From NCBI GenBank assembly GCA_964035545.1, contig OZ037767.1, positions 507,680 through 571,679 of the forward strand: a DNA stretch of 64,000 nucleotides, written 5' to 3'. This document shows, in pieces, positions 29,201 through 64,000 of this stretch. The DNA comes from Bugula neritina (taxonomy: Eukaryota > Animalia > Bryozoa). The translations under genes were made by a program, and so were the position numbers. Within the stretch, counting starts at the first letter, position 1; each line of letters starts with the position of its first letter. The notes beneath the pieces are model-generated. The model was not told where the DNA came from. It made no database searches and worked only from the letters and a program-made list of their open reading frames with translations.

Positions 29201-30540
29201 GGGGGTTCTGTAGGGGCTAAAACACACCTCAGCCTTTTTGGCTGTCTCCGCTGCCTCTACAATCAACATCTGTCTGTTCGTCTGTCTGTTCGTCTGCTCA
29301 TCAGAGGAGATGGTTTTAGCAACTTTACACGGGCTCTGTGCCTCTCCAGAGTTCTTCCTTTTACTTGATGATTCACGAGATAGCAGAGTAAATCTACAGC
29401 ACAATTCACGAGATAGGAGAGTAAATCTACAGCACAATTCATGAGATAGGAGAGTAAATCTACAGCACAATTCACGAGATAGCAGAGTAAATCTACAGCA
29501 TAAGTCAAATCATATTAGCCGATGCTTTAAATAGAGTATACCATTGAAAACATTATTTCAACCAATGGCATTGGGTGACATTCAGTAAAGAACCAATGAC
29601 AATAGTCGACACATATTTTACTAACTTGTAGACAAAGAAGTCTGACGAAGCAGTTGATGGTATAGCAGGGTCAGGTCTTATACCCAGTTGAATGACATCA
29701 CCATCACACAGTGACCTTTGACTCCCGGGAGAGAGTAACTCCCCGTTGACATACAGCCTATTGACTGCCTGAAACATGACAATAAGTACATTTTTAGTAA
29801 AGTGGCTTGATTATAATATATTACTAGTACTACTGCATTATATTACTAGTATTTTGACATTATATTACTAGTATTATTACATTATATTACTAGCATTATG
29901 ACATTATATAACTAGTATTATGACATTATATTACTAGTACTATTACATTATATTACTAGCATTATGACATTATATAACTAGTATTATGACATTATATTAC
30001 TAGTATTATTACATTATATTACAAGTATTATTACATTATATTACTAGTATTACTGTACTTTTTGCTCTTGCAGAACGTAGTCTCCATCTGACCACGTGAT
30101 AACGGCGTGACGTCTTGATATAGATACACTCTTCAGGCAAACTTCATTGTGAGGGTTTCGTCCGAGGACTACCTAGAAAATCTCTTCACTCTCACCACTA
30201 TATAAACACGACTGTACACAATGCTGTTCACTAACACACAACCCTATACCAGTGTTACAATCAAGTACAGTACTTATTCAGATTATATGCTACCCATTCA
30301 TAAAGGCGACATCCTAAAGTCTTCCAGCAAAGTTGATCTTCGCCAGCAGATATAAACAGCTGGCTTTCAGTTAGTACAACAGATTTTTCACCAATAATCT
30401 TTGCAATTTATAATTTCGCTGAAACGCTCACAGATGAAAGTATAGCTGTCAAACCTTCCTACCTCTCTAGTTTTGTCCTGAGTATTAAAGAGATCTGTCG
30501 GGGGATATGCACATTTATATTCTGTTAACTGTAACTCCAT
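23241..30540 (-). CDS. RNF8: RNF8-like E3 ubiquitin ligase (FHA + coiled coil + RING, C-terminal CCHC knuckle); exons 30540-30463, 30172-30059, 29768-29626, 29393-29228, 28395-28288, 28096-28022, 27686-27612, 27005-26841, 26518-26314, 26217-25885 (or read-through to stop at 25157), 24546-24478, 23527-23408, 23281-23241
   Basis: FHA: VVLGR..ISRRHA..VNRLYVNG..LCDGDVIQLG; RING: CAIC..CSHTFCGYC..CPVC; phases consistent; splicing 3' of the RING is uncertain. Confidence 0.82.
23551..24290. repeat. Intronic minisatellite, 22-bp unit CTGAGTACTAGACAGTATCTCA
   Basis: Direct periodicity. Confidence 0.95.
25290..25650 (-). repeat. 30-bp repeat encoding (PSQSAQPQLA)n, ~12 copies, in frame with the RNF8-like ORF
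   Basis: ORF 25157-26275. Confidence 0.85.
26525..26850. repeat. 22-bp repeat containing the donor (minus strand CAGTGAGTACAG|GTAATATATA), filling the intron that splits the RING domain
   Basis: Real donor GTACAG|GTAATA at 26841/26840 is the first copy. Confidence 0.93.
27170..27587. repeat. Intronic minisatellite, 15-bp unit AGTGAGTTACTCTRC
   Basis: Direct periodicity. Confidence 0.95.
27752..27990. repeat. Intronic minisatellite, 14-bp unit AACTGAGAGTAAGT
   Basis: Direct periodicity. Confidence 0.95.
28095..28180. repeat. 27-bp repeat x3 including the acceptor (minus strand CATTCTGATTGGTTGGTTGTTTCAG|AG)
   Basis: Direct periodicity; acceptor at 28097-28098. Confidence 0.9.
28410..29060. 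repeat. Intronic minisatellite, 21-bp unit GTAATAGCAGTATGATGTAAT
   Basis: Direct periodicity. Confidence 0.95.
29372..29500. repeat. 33-bp repeat x4 spanning acceptor and exon start (minus strand AATTGTGCTGTAG|ATTTACTCTGCTATCTCGTG)
   Basis: Direct periodicity; in frame with the exon. Confidence 0.92.
29815..30055. repeat. Intronic minisatellite, 22-bp unit TATTACTAGTATTATTACATTA, abutting the donor
   Basis: Direct periodicity. Confidence 0.9.
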
Positions 30541-32018
30541 TCATCTGTCCAGTCACAGTGTTTACAGGCGCATGCTTCACTATGTGCAGCTAATCAATAA
30601 TAGCATCTGTTTTCAAATTGGCCAGCCTTCTGGTGAGAAGAGAATACATGTGGGTAGGTGCTTTAAGGAGTCTAACCAGCTAACCCCTTATAACTATTCG
30701 TTAAATTATCATTTCAACCTTTTCCCAGCAATTTATTATTATATTTATTGCAACCGACATTTAGTATTTTTATGACTTGGGTTCTTAATAGGAAGTACTT
30801 CCTTATTTTATTGATGCTGGATAGTAGTAACTAAATTAAATCAAAATGTAACAGTAATACTAGTAGTATTACATACTGGTATAGTCATAACATAATACTT
30901 TGATGCTCATCTCGATTTCATGAGTAAATGCAATAAAAAAGATAAATAACTATAATGAAATAATTATATTAACTATTACCACTAGTATAACTTTAAGTTA
31001 AAGCATTAGTTTTATTCATATTCATATTGACAAAGTCTAAACTGGGCACAGGCTGAGGAACTAGCAACTTCAGCTTAGCTTTAAATTTTCTTATTCTTAA
31101 ACTTGAAGCTAAAAGTAAAACTAAATGTAAATGACTAAATCAAAAAGTAAATACTAATAAGTAATACTAATACTAATAGTATATATAATTACAATAAGAT
31201 TAAAATATTGCTATTAGTATTCCTCCAAGTATTAGTATAACTAAATTTGCTATTACTATTAGTAATAGTAAAGTAATACTAATAGTGCAATTTTATTACT
31301 ATTAGTCAGTATTACTATTTGTATTACATTACCATTAAATATTAATATTGTTAAATTAAAATATTATTATTACTATATTTATCATCAGTATTACTAATAC
31401 TAATAGTAATAATAATACCAATAGTAATAGATAATAGTAATACTATTACAATTAGTATTAGCATTACTTTACTATTACTATTAGTATTACTATTAGCTAT
31501 TTAGTTTTAGGTACTATACGTAATCTTATACTTATAGTTATAGTAATACCATTAGTATTACTATTACTATTAGTATTACATTTACTATTACTATTAGACT
31601 TAGTTTTACTCTTAGTATTACATTTACTACTACTATTAGCATAACATTAACTATAAGTATAAGTATAACTATTACTTAGTATTAACTTTAAGTATTTACT
31701 ATTTTACTTTTTAGTTTTTACTTTTACTTTAGTATTTATTTTAACCATTTTATTTTATTTTTATAATTATCTTATTATGTAGTAATGCACAAACAAACAA
31801 CAGAGGCGCAACCACGATGATTATAATAATTGGTAATAAAAATAGTGAGCGTGGCCAGCCCAGTCATTGGCACAACATTTTCATTTTGTAACTAGTGACA
31901 CTGTTATTTACTTTTAGTAGTATCCTCACATTTAGTCTTGCCGCTCGGAAATACGTCACTTAAAACATAAACAAAAGTTATGACGTCTAGTTAACACAGT
32001 AGTACGCACGCGCTAGGA

Positions 32019-32057
32019 ATTTCCTGTCTTTTACTGCGCCATATTCGCACGCTTCAG
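32019..32057 (+). promoter_or_regulatory. Probable non-coding first exon of FAU with pyrimidine-tract (5'TOP-like) start
   Basis: TTTCCTGTCTTTT followed by CAG|GTGAGT donor; CpG-richer upstream; acceptor at 32924 just before the ATG; typical ribosomal-protein gene layout. Confidence 0.65.
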
Positions 32058-32938
32058 GTGAGTGATAACTCTGTTGTCTTTGACATGTAATAAATTGAAT
32101 AGTACCTAGTATAGAAACAGTTTCAGCAGCTTTGTAAATATAGAATTTTATTAGGTATATGTTGTTGTTTCATTTCGAAGTCGATACCGTTGAGCTCTAG
32201 TTAAAAACGTAAATTCCCAAATCGACTAATTACTCACTCTGGCCGTGACAGTGACTCTCAGTCAAATCCAATGACAACTGTAATTTACTGAAAACTGAAA
32301 CTAAGTAAAACTTGAAGTTGAACTAAAATTGAAATGAAAATATGCAGCACTAATTGTAAAACTAAATACTAATCGCTAATAGTATTAGTATTTGAAGATA
32401 TGATTTTCATTAATTTTAAATTTATTCATTTCGATTATCATTTATTTTTAACGATTTTCATTACAAAAATCTAAAGCGCGCAACACAGATACTTGTTCTG
32501 CTACTACTACTTCTAGTTATAAATTAAACATAAAAGTTTTTGTCAGTTTAGTGGTAATTGATTTGAGTTTGGGGCAAATAAACGTAAAAGTGAAATTATA
32601 TTGCAGATGAACTAAGTCTAATATCTTGCATCATATTGATAGACCCAAAATAGAGAATATCTCTCAGCATTTGCTGTTGTGGCTTGGTGTCTATTGCTGT
32701 TTTATGCGTGACAATATCTTAGTGTCATTACCTGCTATGTTTGAAATCATTTTTTGGCATTCTTCTCAATAAGGATATAACTATAAAGTTTCTATTGTGC
32801 TATGCAGTTTTTCGATGCTCATGAAAATTCCATTACATTGTATTGTGCAATTGCATACATAAGAAAATCAATGATCAGTTTGTACTGCTACCTTCAGTCA
32901 AATCATTCTAAATTTTACTTGCAGCTAAACCAGTCAAG

Positions 32939-33609
32939 ATGCAGTTGTTTATCAAAGGACTGAAGACTTCAGTGTTGAATGTCGAAGAGACTGAGACAGT
33001 TCTGGACATAAAGGAGAAGCTCTCCAATTCTGACGGAATCCCCTGTGAAGACCAGGTGCTTTCCTTTGCTGGTCGCCCCCTGGCCGATGAGGAGACGCTC
33101 AGCTCCTATGGACTAGAGCATCTCTCCACCATCTCTGTAGATGTGCGCATGCTTGGAGGTAATTCCTTTTTGTTTTCTCACTGCTGTCCAACTGATCTCT
33201 CTGCAATACAAAGTTGTGTGTGTATTCTCAGTGTAATCCTCTGCTCTACAATGTTGCTGTGTATTTCAGGTAAGGTCCACGGCTCACTCGCTCGTGCTGG
33301 AAAGGTAAAAGGACAAACTCCCAAGGTGAGTTAATATGGCTGCCTCTCCTCAAACTCTGATTGGTTTATACATGCTTCTCAAACTCTGATTGGTTTATAC
33401 ATGCTTCTCAAACTCTGATTGGCTTATACACGCTTCTCCTCAAACTCTGATTGGTTCACAAGTGATGGTTGTTTGTGCAGGTTGAGCCACAGGAGAAGAA
33501 AAAGAAAAAGACCGGTAGAGCCAGAAGGAGAATGCAATACAACAAAAGATTCGTTAACGTTGTTGCCGGGTTCGGTCGAAGACGTGGCCCCAACTCCAAC
33601 GCCCAGTAA
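32939..33609 (+). CDS. FAU: Ubiquitin-like Fubi-40S ribosomal protein eS30 fusion; exons 32939-33158, 33270-33325, 33481-33609
   Basis: MQLFIKG..RMLGG|[46 protein letters not shown]; AATAAA at ~33646. Confidence 0.98.
33345..33460. repeat. 29-bp repeat x4 (CTCAAACTCTGATTGGTTTATACATGCTT) in the last FAU intron
   Basis: Direct periodicity. Confidence 0.9.
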
Positions 33610-34239
33610 ACACGGGCTCTCCCTCCATCATTATCATGAAGGATAAATAAATTATACCAACTATGAGCATATAATATAATATTATAATTTGTTTTTATCT
33701 TTCATAATAAAATATCTCTGAGTTATGGTGATGACAATAAAGTTGTTATAAGCCTCATCAGTGTATTAATGCCTTGTGTGTAGCAGACATCTAATTTACC
33801 AAGATGAACATCTCCCAGGCACTTGGAATTATCAGCTCCATGCAAAACTCTGCCAAGAGTTGGTGAGGTGCCAGCTTTGTTATCTGATATGCCCACTTCA
33901 TTCCAGTGTGATAGCTAGTTGAGAGAACAACTAGCTTTCTCTACACTGTAACTTGCAACCTACTTAGTTTCGGGGCTCCGCTGTAAAGCCATCAGAAAAT
34001 TGTGCATGGTAGGCATACGTGAATTGCAAACTGTACCAATGAACAGTACTATTTGGAGTTGTTTGCTACTTTTTGAAGCTATATAGCGCCCATATGTAAA
34101 TTGCATAAAATCTTCGTCTACTAAGGTGAGTTTAGTTTGCTTCAAAATATGCTTTTAAAAATTTGAAATAAATTTATGTCAAGTGAATATTGTAACCTGA
34201 CAGTTTTTCTGTTGTGGTTAGAAAGTGTAGTTTTTTGCT

Positions 34240-34360
34240 GACCTATATAAACAAAGCCTGGCCAATCAACATAGTCGAAGCCGCAGCTTCGCCATTTTGG
34301 GAACCTGCCGTATTTACCTTGGATAATAACTAGTAAAATATAGTGTCGGTAATGAGTGAA
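34240..34360 (+). promoter_or_regulatory. Candidate MARK promoter / non-coding first exon
   Basis: TATATAAA, CCAAT, YY1-type CGCCATTTT and local CpG enrichment; the exon containing ATG 36914 has an acceptor at 36800 that needs an upstream exon. Confidence 0.4.
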
Positions 34361-36269
34361 CTTTTGAATTGCGCTATTTCGCAGTTAGACCGTCGGTTCT
34401 TTAGCTTTTTATGTTGCTAGATTTGGTTGCATATTCGAGGTTTTCAATGAGTTACAAATGGTAATATATTTACATTGTGACGCCTAAATTTAGCCTAATG
34501 ACTGTTAGTGTTACACTTACAGTTACAGTGACTGAGTTACAGTTTCAGTTTGAGTTACTCATGCTCACTTGCTGTTACTGTGTTAGTAGTAGTACACTAA
34601 CAGTAACAGTAACACTTGGTCTCGTAGTTTTTACTTGTTACTGTTGGTGTTGTAATTTAAATTATATTTATAAAATAAATTGAAATTTTGATACTTTTTT
34701 GTAAGTTTTTTGTAGTTTTTGGTAGTTATTACAATTACATATAATTGTAATTAAAGACTATAACTATAAGTATAACTCTAAGTATAAGTATAAGATTAAC
34801 TTCAAGTATAGCAGTTAGTTTTATATTAACTATTAGTATTAGACTTAGTATAAATATTACACTATTACTATTACTATTAGTATTAGTATTACTATTAGTA
34901 TTGGTATTAGTATTATTGATATTATTAGTGTAACTATTAGTTAAAAATACTAATAAGTGAGTAATAGTATTTGACAATTTGTATTCTGATTCTCCTAGGG
35001 CTAGTGATACTTATACTTGTACTTATACTTATAGTGATACTGATAGTGATAGTCACATATGACTATGTCTACGTGAGTATTGCACTTAGAGTTAGTCTTA
35101 CCATTACCGCAATAGACTTAGTATTACTATTAGAGTAAGTTAGTATTACTATTAAAGTTACATTTCATGTTTACATATTTTCAATTCACTTTCAGTACTA
35201 CTAGTACTAATAGTAATACTAATAGACATAGTAAATCCTAATCGTATAATAATAAATATAATTGTGATAGTTATTTTATTTCTCTTAGTATCATAATCAT
35301 ATTCATTGTAATTATGGTCATTGCAATTGTTTTATTGTTGCCTAATCTAAATCTTATACTTATAATAATTGACCATGAAAGATTAAAGTATTGTTGTAGA
35401 ATTAAGTGTAATTATTAGTGTTACTATTCATTTTCATAATCATGAATGATGATTATAAGAAGAAAAATGCATTTCTATTAATTTTTGGTAGTAGTTAAAA
35501 TAATCATTATATTTATAACTTTTCAATCTGAATATCAGTATAAATATTATAATTATAATTGTAATACTGATTGTGAAACTGTAGAGCCATTGTATTCCAT
35601 TCATGCAGTGAACATAAATGTGACATGTAAAATCTCATTAGCTGACTGAAGCTTGAAACTTTTGTCATACTGGTTGTTGACCAGTGACATCATGTGTCAA
35701 GTCTTTCTAACTTAGAATCCATAATTTTCTTTTAAAATGATAGTATTTTCTTTTGCTGCCAACTGTATAAATTATAAACTAGACTATTCTGGTTATAATT
35801 CAATTTATTTGATTGAATTCAAGTTAATCTCTCAGTACATAGTGTAAGTACATACAGTGCAAGTACATACAGTGTAAGTACATAGTGTAAGTAATAATGG
35901 AATTGATACTTGAACAGCACACAGTGTTTCTAATGTAGAGGGAATCTCACAAGTATCAAACATAATTTTTCTGATTGAATTCTTCCATCTGATTGAGATA
36001 CTGAGAATAGTCAGAGAATAAAATGAACTAAATTAAGCTTTTGTTAAGTCTTTTTGCACTAGGTTATGTTTATATAAATTTATAGCTGTCTATTACATCT
36101 GCAATAATCTCATGCATTAAACACTTAAATGCAAACAAGACGCTTGAACTCGCAGAGTCTAGCACCTCTGGTGTGTCTGTCATGTCTGGCATCACAGCTG
36201 ACCCAGTTTTTCATTTCGCTCTCTTAGTTATTGAAGGATTGTGCTGAGAACCAGTCATGAAGCTGCTCA

Positions 36270-36490
36270 CTATACTATACTATAGTATAGTGTAGAGTAT
36301 AGTATAGTATAGTATATAGTATAGTGTAGTGAATAGTATATAGTATAGTATAGTATATAGTATAGTGTAGTGTATAGTGTAGAGTATAGTATAGTATAGT
36401 ATATAGTGTAGTGTATAGTGTAGTATATAGTGTGGTATATAGCGTAGTATAGTATAGTATAGTGTAGAGTATAGTGTAGTAGTAGTAGTG
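36270..36490. repeat. Degenerate (TAGTA/TAGTG)n satellite
   Basis: Direct periodicity. Confidence 0.85.
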
Positions 36491-36913
36491 TTGGTTTACT
36501 TTGTACCTACTACTGTTTTGTATTGTACCTACTACTGTGTTGTATTGTAGACAGTGTTTGATATGTGACCACCTGCCCTGCAACACTCTCACTTGACTAA
36601 AACCTTCACCTGTAGCGAGTAGGGAGTAGACTGTGTGCTCAGGTAGTGGGGATATACTTTATACAACTTATACGGTGTAACTAATCCATTACTACACACT
36701 GCATTCTAATACATATCTAGCTGTGTGGGAGTTGTGTGTAGTTTGTGTGGGAGCTGTGTGCACCAATCATCTGCTGTATATCTCTCTGCTGTGTTTGCAG
36801 AGGAGTTGCCCTTCACCTGTAACGAGTAGGAGTTGTCTCTCCGTAGCCTGAGAGAGTAAGCTGTATGTATGAGACCTCAGGGTGGCACTGACACAGCGAC
36901 TCACGGCTCAAAG

Positions 36914-61146
<24,233 letters not shown>

Positions 61147-61174
61147 GTACGTCACGTCACAACTATTTACTTTT

Positions 61175-61465
61175 ACTACTACTACTACTAGTACTACTAC
61201 TACTGCTACTACTACTGCTACTAGTACTACTACTGCTACTACTACTAGTACTACTACTGCTACTACTACTAGTACTACTACTACTGCTACTACTACTGCT
61301 ACTAGTACTACTACTGCTACTACTACTGCTACTACTACTGCTACTACTACTGCTACTAGTAGTACTGCTACTACTACTGCTACTACTACTACTGCTACTA
61401 CTAGTACTACTAATAATGCTACTACCAGTACCACTATTACTACCAGTACCACTACTACTACTACA
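61175..61465. repeat. (CTA/CTG)n microsatellite
   Basis: Direct periodicity. Confidence 0.93.
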
Positions 61466-63324
61466 TACTCTGTGATAACAGCTGGTAGCCTGTATTCTAG
61501 TTTTATGTGCGGGTGGGAGTGTAGTGTTTGCTCTCACAGCGCTGCTACTGCATGCAAGATCTTTTCTCAATACTAAGTGTTGTGATAAAGTTGCTCCCCC
61601 ATGACACTCTACTCAGTTGAACGGACTCAGTAAATCATGTGGGAAGGGGGAGCACTTGCTATACTGTACACACAATGTGATCTGCTGCACTCATTGCCAG
61701 CATGTTTCAGTGTGCTTATCAATTGTTTGTTAATTTGATGTAGTCATTTATAATTACTGTTAATTTCAGCCTTTGATTTCCATCATGTTATGTAGCCTAA
61801 TAAACTCACTGTGTGTCCAATGGCTAGCTAGCTCTTTCTCTCTCCTCATTAGTTCTCTATCTATCCCCCTCACTTCCTTCTCTACTGCACTGATACACTG
61901 ATACTTATTTCTCTTCTACTCTTCCTTTCCCACCCACTACCCATCAGTTGCTGTGGCTACTGCTCTACTTTCTATCTGTTGCCATAGTTACTGTGTGTAC
62001 TGTTTATCTGTTTCCATAGTTACCGTGTGTATTGTTTATCTGTTGCCATAGTTACTGTGTGTATTGTTTATCTGTTGCCATAGTCACTGTGTGTACTCTC
62101 TAGCTGTTTCCATAGTTACCGTGTGTACTGTCTATCTGTTGCTACCGGTTACCATTGGTGCCGTTTGCCATGGTTGTTGCGGAAAGTGTTTATCTGTTTC
62201 TATGGTTACATTATTTTGTTACTCCTTTTGCACTCTGCACCTTTCAGCACACAATTGTAATCACAGTTGCCACTTATGTAGGCAAGCTGTTTACTCTGCT
62301 CCACTCTCACAGTTTACTTACTGCTGCTGTGGGAGTTACGAGCCCACAGCCTCTTTTGCTGAAGCTTGTGGTTTGGTCGCAGCAGCTACCCTTCTCAACA
62401 CATTCGTTTGTACTGCCATGTGCTAATCTCACTTCCTTTTAATGCTTCTCTTTTATTATCACGTTTAAATTCACAACAACTGAAACTCAATTTATAAAAT
62501 TGCGCCATTTGATTTCGTTGAGCAGCTGTATGGGTGGTTGGATAAGGATAAGATGTGTGCATTTAGCCTCAAATCTGTTGTACCCAAGGTGCAAAATCTT
62601 GGTACCCAACTACAAATTTCTCTTTTACTTACACGTTCATGTTTGTTTCCAGGGTATCCATGGCTATCTAAACACAATTCACACTGAAGTTTTTGTTGCT
62701 TGAAACACTGTCACTGTCTTTCTATGTGATTGGCTTGTTGGAAAGACAGTGTCAATGTGGTTATATTGAGCAATAGTCTAACATTATAATGTTGAGTGTT
62801 TGTGTGTTGTTTAATCAGCTAACCATATACTTCTAACAGTTTCTGTTTCACATTGTTTTTGGTGACTAAACGGGAGCTGTTGGTGTGCTGGTGCGATTAA
62901 TCAGTGGTATGGTTAGCTCTAGAACATTCTTTGCATGTTATTTCCTGTTAGATGTTTAGTAATGTAAGTGTAATTAGTTGGTAAGTCAACAACACTTACC
63001 TATGTATGTGCTATTGCTATGTACAAGGTGGATGTTTGGAATAGACAATGCAGACCTGGCACCCAGTGTGTTTGGCAGCGGCAGAGGGCAGCGGCAGACC
63101 TGTATGACTGCAGTAGGGAATGATAGACTAGCTCTGGCTCTTTACTCACTCTCTACTACCATTCAGTTTCCACTTACACCTTCTGCATAAACCTTTTACC
63201 TAGACCTTCTGCATAAAGCCTGCAACTGTATCTTAGCTAATGTACACTAGCCAATCTCACCTAATAACTAACTACATTGGCTACTCACTGCTATGTGGTG
63301 CAAAGGAGACTTGCATGATACTAA

Positions 63325-63645
63325 CTCCTGTCACTCAGTGCTCCCAGGTGTCACTCAGTACTTCCAGGTGTCGCTTAGTACTCCCAGGTGTCACTCAGTA
63401 CTCCCGGGTGTCACTTAGTACTCACAGGTGTCACTCAGTGCTCCCAGGTGTCACTCAGTACTCCCAGGTGTCACTCAGTACTCCCAGGTGTCACTCAGTA
63501 CTCCCGGGTGTCACTTAGTACTCCCGGGTGTCACTCGGTACTCCCAGGTGCCACTCAGTACTCCCAGGTGTCACTCAGTACTCCCAGGTGTTACTTAGTA
63601 CTCCCAGGTGCCACTCAGTACTCCCGGGTGTCACTCAGTACTGCA
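63325..63645. repeat. 20-bp repeat GTGTCACTCAGTACTCCCAG
   Basis: Direct periodicity. Confidence 0.93.
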
Positions 63646-63819
63646 CACTGCTAAGCTTCAGCATATCTGTCTCAATAATCTATCTAATTTCTATTCCACA
63701 TTTACATCTGATATATGCTTAAGTCATTACCTCCCACCACTTACCTTACCTTCCCATTTCTCCTAGTTATCGGTACACATACTAAACAGCTGTAAGTACA
63801 TGTACCTACAGCCTTGTGA

Positions 63820-64000
63820 TTTGTACTTACACAGCTGTCTGGTATATGTACTTACACAGCTGTCTGGTACATATGTACTTACACAGTTGTCTGGTATATG
63901 TACTTACACAGCTGTCTGGTATATGTACTTACACAGCTGTCTGGTACATATGTACTTACACAGTTGTCTGGTACATATGTACTTACACAGCTGTCTGGTA
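63820..64000. repeat. ~26-28-bp repeat TGTACTTACACAGCTGTCTGGTA(CA)TA, truncated by window end
   Basis: Direct periodicity. Confidence 0.9.

Noticed and set aside
30830-31760. AT-rich quasi-palindromic TACTA/TAGTA tract (similar tracts at 16200-16700 and 34700-35300)
   Set aside because: Low-complexity sequence with no definable termini or unit; inverted matches are expected by chance
32058-32924. Possible intronic snoRNA in FAU intron 1
   Set aside because: Ribosomal-protein introns often host snoRNAs, but I could not identify convincing paired C/D or H/ACA boxes

Overview
AT-rich, intron-rich animal genomic DNA (invertebrate; a lophotrochozoan-like origin is only an inference). Five spliced genes can be reconstructed by hand from GT-AG junctions and reading phase: a TMEM151-family membrane protein (+, 4710-9985), a TACC-domain protein (+, ~11860-22205), an RNF8-like FHA/coiled-coil/RING ligase with an extra CCHC knuckle (-, 23241-30540), FAU/Fubi-eS30 (+, 32939-33609) and a MARK/PAR-1 kinase with three candidate alternative first coding exons (+, from 36914, running off the window end). 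Two DNA transposons are present: an intact 2970-bp pogo-type DD35D element and a 3.2-kb non-autonomous TIR element, each splitting a minisatellite. Most long ORFs in the supplied track are artefacts of tandem repeats. Two things stand out. (1) A compositionally distinct 262-nt segment (40671-40932) in the MARK 5' region folds by eye into a fully nested multi-junction RNA with a 6-bp pseudoknot and matches no family I recognise. (2) Many introns carry their own private minisatellite, often built from the splice junction itself, which creates arrays of decoy donors and acceptors.
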